Shown here: one piece after another, positions 18,601-22,542 of the stretch
Numbering within the stretch: the stretch's first letter is position 1
Layout of the letters: each line of letters starts with the position of its first letter
Virus record (IMG/VR): IMGVR_UViG_3300014625_000037
Location: 1-22,542 of that record
Source of the DNA: a virus
Lineage: Duplodnaviria > Heunggongvirae > Uroviricota > Caudoviricetes
DNA: 22,542 bases
Direction: 5' to 3' (one strand)
The notes under the pieces: generated by a model
The model's database searches: none
What the model saw: only the letters and a program-made list of their open reading frames with translations
Told to the model about the DNA's origin: nothing
Position numbers and translations under genes: made by a program

Positions 18601-18824
18601 ACAGCACCTCCGTTGTAATGTTTGCCTTTCAGCTCTGCGATTTCCTGACAGGTAATGCAAAGCTGCACACCCGGAATGGCACGGCGGCGTGCTGGCGGAA
18701 TTGGCGCTTCACACTCAACGCAAAGCACGCGGGACACGCCCGGCGTTTTGGCACGGGCAGCACGGATATGGCGTTGGCGTTCTTCTTCAACGCGCTGCTG
18801 TACGAGATCCATTGCATCAGCCAT
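18597..18824 (-). CDS. TraR/DksA-family C4 zinc-finger protein
   Basis: 75 aa with CxxC-x17-CxxC (CVECEAP...CITCQ). Confidence 0.75.
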   Translation of the reverse strand: MADAMDLVQQRVEEERQRHIRAARAKTPGVSRVLCVECEAPIPPARRRAIPGVQLCITCQEIAELKGKHYNGGAV

Positions 18825-19058
18825 CAGTGGATCTCCTGCGCTTCGTTCTGGATTGCTTCAGCAGTCACACGCAGCAGTTCTGCCGCTTCGACGTGGTTTA
18901 GCTGGCGGGAGGTGATATGACACGCCAGGCTATCGAGGCGAGCAGCCATTGCTTCAGCCCTTGCCCGGCGTTCTTCCAGACGAGCCTCTGTCAGTAAAAG
19001 ATTAAGACCTGCATCATCCGGTCCGGTTTTGGTCGTGAGGGTTTCAATATTACGCATA
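18824..19058 (-). CDS. Hypothetical early protein (77 aa)
   Basis: ATG at 19058 with AGGAG 8 nt upstream; the track ORF starts 5 nt earlier at TTG. Confidence 0.5.
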
Positions 19059-19124
19059 AGCAATTCTCCTGAATTTAGATAAAGAGATGCCCGGCGGGTT
19101 TACGCCATTAATTTCATTAGTTGG

Positions 19125-19466
19125 TTAATTCGGCATGGTTAGCCGTCTGGGAAATAAGCTCACCACTGCACGAAAATGATTCATTGCTTTAATCAACTCC
19201 CGCTTTTCGTCAGTGGTCAGCTCATTAATGCTGATGCTATGACGTTCAGCTGGAATTTTTGCCATAAAGAATATGGCAGCCAGTGCCCGTTTATTTTGTT
19301 CATTATTGATATCCCGAGGATCACGCATATCTTTAATAAACCGCTCAAGCTCTGACTCAATATTCAAACCAAAAACTTTCGCCCTTAACTCCGCAATATG
19401 ATTAAGTCCATTCAGGCGTTCACCGGGTCTTAATGGAACAGTCGCCGCAGCGCCTTCAATAGCCAT
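19125..19466 (-). CDS. Hypothetical early protein (113 aa)
   Basis: ATG start at 19466; in the early operon between CII and Dam. Confidence 0.5.
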   Translation of the reverse strand: MAIEGAAATVPLRPGERLNGLNHIAELRAKVFGLNIESELERFIKDMRDPRDINNEQNKRALAAIFFMAKIPAERHSISINELTTDEKRELIKAMNHFRAVVSLFPRRLTMPN

Positions 19467-19630
19467 TTGTTCCCCCGTTTTTTCGTAGATAGTTCTGCCA
19501 GCAATTCATCTTGTGAACGGCACGGATGCCAGCGTTTACCATCCTCACCCATGATCCAGCCGTGACCGTAGTGCATTGCCGGACTTTGTTTTACCAGCAG
19601 CGATGCAAATGATGGTTCTTTCGTCAGCAT
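19430..19630 (-). CDS. Hypothetical small early protein (66 aa)
   Basis: ATG at 19630 with GAGGTG upstream, 7 nt after the CII stop; the track ORF begins further upstream inside cII. Confidence 0.4.
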   Translation of the reverse strand: MLTKEPSFASLLVKQSPAMHYGHGWIMGEDGKRWHPCRSQDELLAELSTKKRGNKWLLKALRRLFH

Positions 19631-19637
19631 AAGCACC

Positions 19638-20147
19638 TCACAGCAAACCGAATGAAGCACCGAGGCCAGTCACGGTATCAACTGCACTCGCCATCGCAGG
19701 ATTAGCCTGTAAACGGGCCTGCAATGAAACAGCAGCCAGCGCCATCAGTCGTGTAACAGAGTTAATGCTGCTGATCGCATCACGACGGCCTGCACTGGTT
19801 TTTACATCGCCAGAAACCGCACCTGCCGCGACACGCCCTATCTCTGCAGTTGCACTCATGACGTAATGCGGCAGTTTCTCTTTTGCCACCTCATTAATCG
19901 GTACACATGGCAGGCAGTGAATCTGTGCCAGAAAGCCATCTACCAGCGTTGAATCTTCAGTCAGATCGGTAAGCAACCAGATTTCTGGTGCGGTTAATAA
20001 ATGAGGTTGAGCTGGGTTCAGCTTGTTCCGCAGAATCTGCACATTCATGCCTGCACGTTCTGCCAGTTGCACTAGGTTGTGGCGCAATGCGAATGCACGA
20101 CAGGCTTCATCAAAATGTGGATGTTTGGAAACTTGGTAATCAAACAT
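19638..20147 (-). CDS. cII: CII-like transcriptional activator (phage 186 CII family)
   Basis: ATG at 20147 ([24 protein letters not shown]...); sequence closely resembles the 186 CII family as I recall it. Confidence 0.75.
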   Translation of the reverse strand: MFDYQVSKHPHFDEACRAFALRHNLVQLAERAGMNVQILRNKLNPAQPHLLTAPEIWLLTDLTEDSTLVDGFLAQIHCLPCVPINEVAKEKLPHYVMSATAEIGRVAAGAVSGDVKTSAGRRDAISSINSVTRLMALAAVSLQARLQANPAMASAVDTVTGLGASFGLL

Positions 20148-20179
20148 GGTCAATGCCTCTGATGTATTTCAGAATCGAA

Positions 20180-20401
20180 CTAATTAAGGTTTAGATTGCA
20201 TTCTGAAAGCGCATCAACGGTCATGGCTGCTATGTTGATCATCACTTTTTCACGTTTTTTATCTTTGCGCAGACGGTGACGGATAAGGCGTCCGTCAGCC
20301 AACATGTCATTGATGGTATCGATGGACAGCCCTGTCAGCTCGCTATAGCGTTCAATAGTCACATGAGGCGTGGTAAGAGTGATTGAAATGTTAGGTCTCA
20401 T
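20180..20401 (-). CDS. apl: Apl/Cox-like excisionase/regulator
   Basis: 73 aa, first gene of the rightward-type operon, divergent from CI; helix-turn-helix-like segment [19 protein letters not shown]. Confidence 0.6.
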   Translation of the reverse strand: MRPNISITLTTPHVTIERYSELTGLSIDTINDMLADGRLIRHRLRKDKKREKVMINIAAMTVDALSECNLNLN

Positions 20402-20526
20402 GATGCAACATTCCTCGTTTAATGATGATTAATCAGGACGAATACGGATCGTTTGTATTTTGTGAACACCATAAACATACGATCGCACAGTGAAATCGTC
20501 AAGATAAAAGTTCACTTGGAGTGACC
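20402..20526. promoter_or_regulatory. Lysis-lysogeny switch region (divergent early promoters and operators)
   Basis: 125-bp divergent intergenic region between apl and cI; repeated ATACG(G)ATCG elements each containing GATC (20447-20450, 20481-20484); inverted GTGAA...TTCAC arms. Confidence 0.5.
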
Positions 20527-21096
20527 ATGAATTTGGAGAAAGGCGGACGAGGCGCTATAGAGCGCATGGTAGAAGCTTATGGATTCAAAACTCGACAGGC
20601 GTTGTGCGATCATTTAGGAATCTCTAAAAGTACACTCGCCACACGCTACATGCGTGACTCATTCCCAGCAGAATGGGTAATCCAGTGCGCCCTTGAAACG
20701 GGCACCTCGCTTAATTGGCTCACAACCGGACATGGTTCAAAGCAAACTTCAGGTAATACAAATACTATGGAAGTTGCTAAATATGTATTATCTGATGGTG
20801 CCTTGCGTGAAGACGGTTTTTATATTTTTGATAAGGGATTTCTACCCTCTACGTTTAAAAAACCTTTTGTCATCACAGATAACAATTCTGAATTTATTTG
20901 TGATAAAGAATTTGATGATATACGTGACGGTAAATGGGTAATAAGTATTGATGGCGAAATAACAATCCGCGACATTACTCGTTTACCCGGTGGAAGAATC
21001 TTCGTTGAAGGTGGAAACAGAGCCTTCGAGTGCAAGATAGAAGATGTTGAAATAATTGGGAAAATTATAAGTTTAACAATTAAGTACGTTAGGTAA
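20527..21096 (+). CDS. cI: CI-type immunity repressor (186 CI family)
   Basis: ATG 20527 with GGAG 5 nt upstream; 189 aa, size and N-terminal HTH region consistent with 186 CI; upstream of and co-directional with int. Confidence 0.8.
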   Translation: MNLEKGGRGAIERMVEAYGFKTRQALCDHLGISKSTLATRYMRDSFPAEWVIQCALETGTSLNWLTTGHGSKQTSGNTNTMEVAKYVLSDGALREDGFYIFDKGFLPSTFKKPFVITDNNSEFICDKEFDDIRDGKWVISIDGEITIRDITRLPGGRIFVEGGNRAFECKIEDVEIIGKIISLTIKYVR

Positions 21097-21111
21097 TACC
21101 GGGAGGAAACT

Positions 21112-21303
21112 ATGCTTGGTAAGGTATTTTTTGTGGTTTTATCATGCTCTTTGTTATTAAACCCACTAACTACCTATGCTAAAAATTATCCTTGTTCTGG
21201 GAAAAAGGGAGGTGTCTCTCACTGTACCTCCGATGGAAAGTTCGTTTGCAATGATGGAACTATTAGTAAATCAAAAAAAATCTGTACTAAAAACTCGCGA
21301 TAA
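21112..21303 (+). CDS. Small secreted Cys-rich protein (63 aa), moron between cI and int
   Basis: Strong RBS GGGAGG 5 nt upstream; N-terminal signal peptide [23 protein letters not shown]; mature part Lys-rich with 4 Cys; AT-rich. Confidence 0.55.
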   Translation: MLGKVFFVVLSCSLLLNPLTTYAKNYPCSGKKGGVSHCTSDGKFVCNDGTISKSKKICTKNSR

Positions 21304-21489
21304 ATTTTGCTTTTATATCTGCGCCTAATATAACAATGAGTCGCAGGCTAACCGCAAAAGTCACATACTCACATAGCAAAAAATAGCCAACTTCATTATG
21401 GCTTCAGTGAGATGTATGGTCGCAGGATTTCATACATTGACACTGGTTATACATACAGTAAAAATGCTCTCTATTGGAGGGCATTTTTT

Positions 21490-22542
21490 ATGGCAGTACG
21501 AAAACTCACCACAGGAAAATGGCTTTGCGAATGTTACCCCGCCGGACGTAGTGGGCGTCGTGTGCGTAAACAATTCGCCACCAAAGGCGAAGCTCTGGCT
21601 TTTGAGCGCCATACGATGGAAGAAACCGAAGCAAAGCCCTGGCTGGGAGAATCAGTGGATCGTCGAACACTGAAAGACGTGGTTGAGCTATGGTTCAAAC
21701 TACATGGTAAATCTCTAACCGCTGGGCAGCATGTCTATGATAAATTGCTGTTGATGGTTGACGCTCTGGGCAATCCCCTTGCAACCGATCTCACCTCTAA
21801 AATGTTTGCCCACTATCGAGATAAACGCCTGACAGGTGAGATCTACTTCAGCGAGAAATGGAAGAAAGGAGCAAGCCCGGTCACCATTAACCTGGAGCAA
21901 AGCTATCTAAGTAGTGTTTTTAGCGAACTATCCCGCCTGGGCGAATGGTCGTATCCAAACCCACTGGAGAACATGCGAAAATTCACCATCGCAGAAAAAG
22001 AGATGGCATGGCTTACCCATGAGCAGATTGTTGAACTGCTGGCTGATTGCAAACGTCAGGACCCAATTCTGGCACTGGTAGTCAAGATATGCTTAAGCAC
22101 AGGCGCACGCTGGCGAGAAGCAATAAACCTTACCCGATCACAGGTGACTAAATACCGAATTACCTTTGTAAGAACGAAGGGGAAGAAAAACAGAAGCATC
22201 CCTATCAGTAAAGAGCTTTATGAAGAGATCATGGCGCTTGATGGGTTCAATTTCTTCACAGACTGCTATTTTCAATTTTTATCCGTGATGGAAAAAACGT
22301 CAATCGTGCTCCCTCGCGGTCAACTGACACACGTTCTGCGCCATACGTTTGCGGCGCATTTCATGATGTCGGGTGGAAATATCCTTGCTTTGCAAAAAAT
22401 CCTCGGACATCACGATATAAAAATGACTATGCGTTACGCTCATCTGGCACCGGATCATCTGGAAACGGCGCTCCGTTTCAATCCTCTGGCAACGCTGCCA
22501 AGTGGCGACAAAGTGGCGGCAGCGGTTGGCATTACCCCGTAA
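21490..22542 (+). CDS. int: Tyrosine integrase (P2/186 Int family)
   Basis: Start ATG 21490 with GGAGG upstream (track ORF begins earlier at 21412); C-terminal catalytic region ...HVLRHTFAAHFMMSGGNILALQKILGHHDIKMTMRYAHL; stop is the last codon of the window. Confidence 0.85.
   Translation: MAVRKLTTGKWLCECYPAGRSGRRVRKQFATKGEALAFERHTMEETEAKPWLGESVDRRTLKDVVELWFKLHGKSLTAGQHVYDKLLLMVDALGNPLATDLTSKMFAHYRDKRLTGEIYFSEKWKKGASPVTINLEQSYLSSVFSELSRLGEWSYPNPLENMRKFTIAEKEMAWLTHEQIVELLADCKRQDPILALVVKICLSTGARWREAINLTRSQVTKYRITFVRTKGKKNRSIPISKELYEEIMALDGFNFFTDCYFQFLSVMEKTSIVLPRGQLTHVLRHTFAAHFMMSGGNILALQKILGHHDIKMTMRYAHLAPDHLETALRFNPLATLPSGDKVAAAVGITP

Noticed and set aside
21412-21489. N-terminal extension of the integrase ORF (and overlapping 91-aa ORF at 21398..21673)
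   Set aside because: ATG at 21490 has a GGAGG RBS and begins the region that resembles integrase N-termini; the upstream residues do not.
1-22542. CRISPR arrays, tRNA/rRNA genes, IS elements, attachment-site repeats
   Set aside because: No spaced direct repeats, no cloverleaf-like or rRNA-like segments and no transposase ORFs were recognised; att sites would lie beyond the integrase at the window edge and cannot be assessed.

Overview
This window is most of a P2/186-family temperate prophage of an enterobacterial host, identified from protein motifs and gene order alone (no database search was possible). Reading left to right: the tail fiber H N-terminus (runs off the left edge), baseplate genes I-J-W-V, an AT-rich HEPN-motif moron on the opposite strand, tail completion S, a SAR-type endolysin and small two-TMD holin, X, L, terminase small subunit M, major capsid N and scaffold O (all minus strand); then divergently terminase ATPase P and portal Q (plus strand). 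Next comes an accessory hotspot spanning the probable cos site: a RelA/SpoT-like nucleotidyltransferase, a membrane protein, a LexA-box-controlled small ORF and a DinI-like gene. The early operon follows on the minus strand (replication protein A, a 276-aa unknown, Dam methyltransferase, TraR/DksA-like zinc finger, three small unknowns, CII-like, Apl/Cox-like), then a 186-type switch region, CI repressor, a small secreted Cys-rich moron and the integrase ending at the window edge. No rRNA, tRNA, CRISPR array or IS element was recognised. The strongest candidates for undescribed or accessory biology are the three AT-rich islands (3214-4143, 11618-13600, 21100-21310), which I judged AT-rich by eye against a GC-rich backbone, not by computation. 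Several track ORFs begin at TTG/GTG; where a downstream ATG with a Shine-Dalgarno is evident I give the shorter coordinates.
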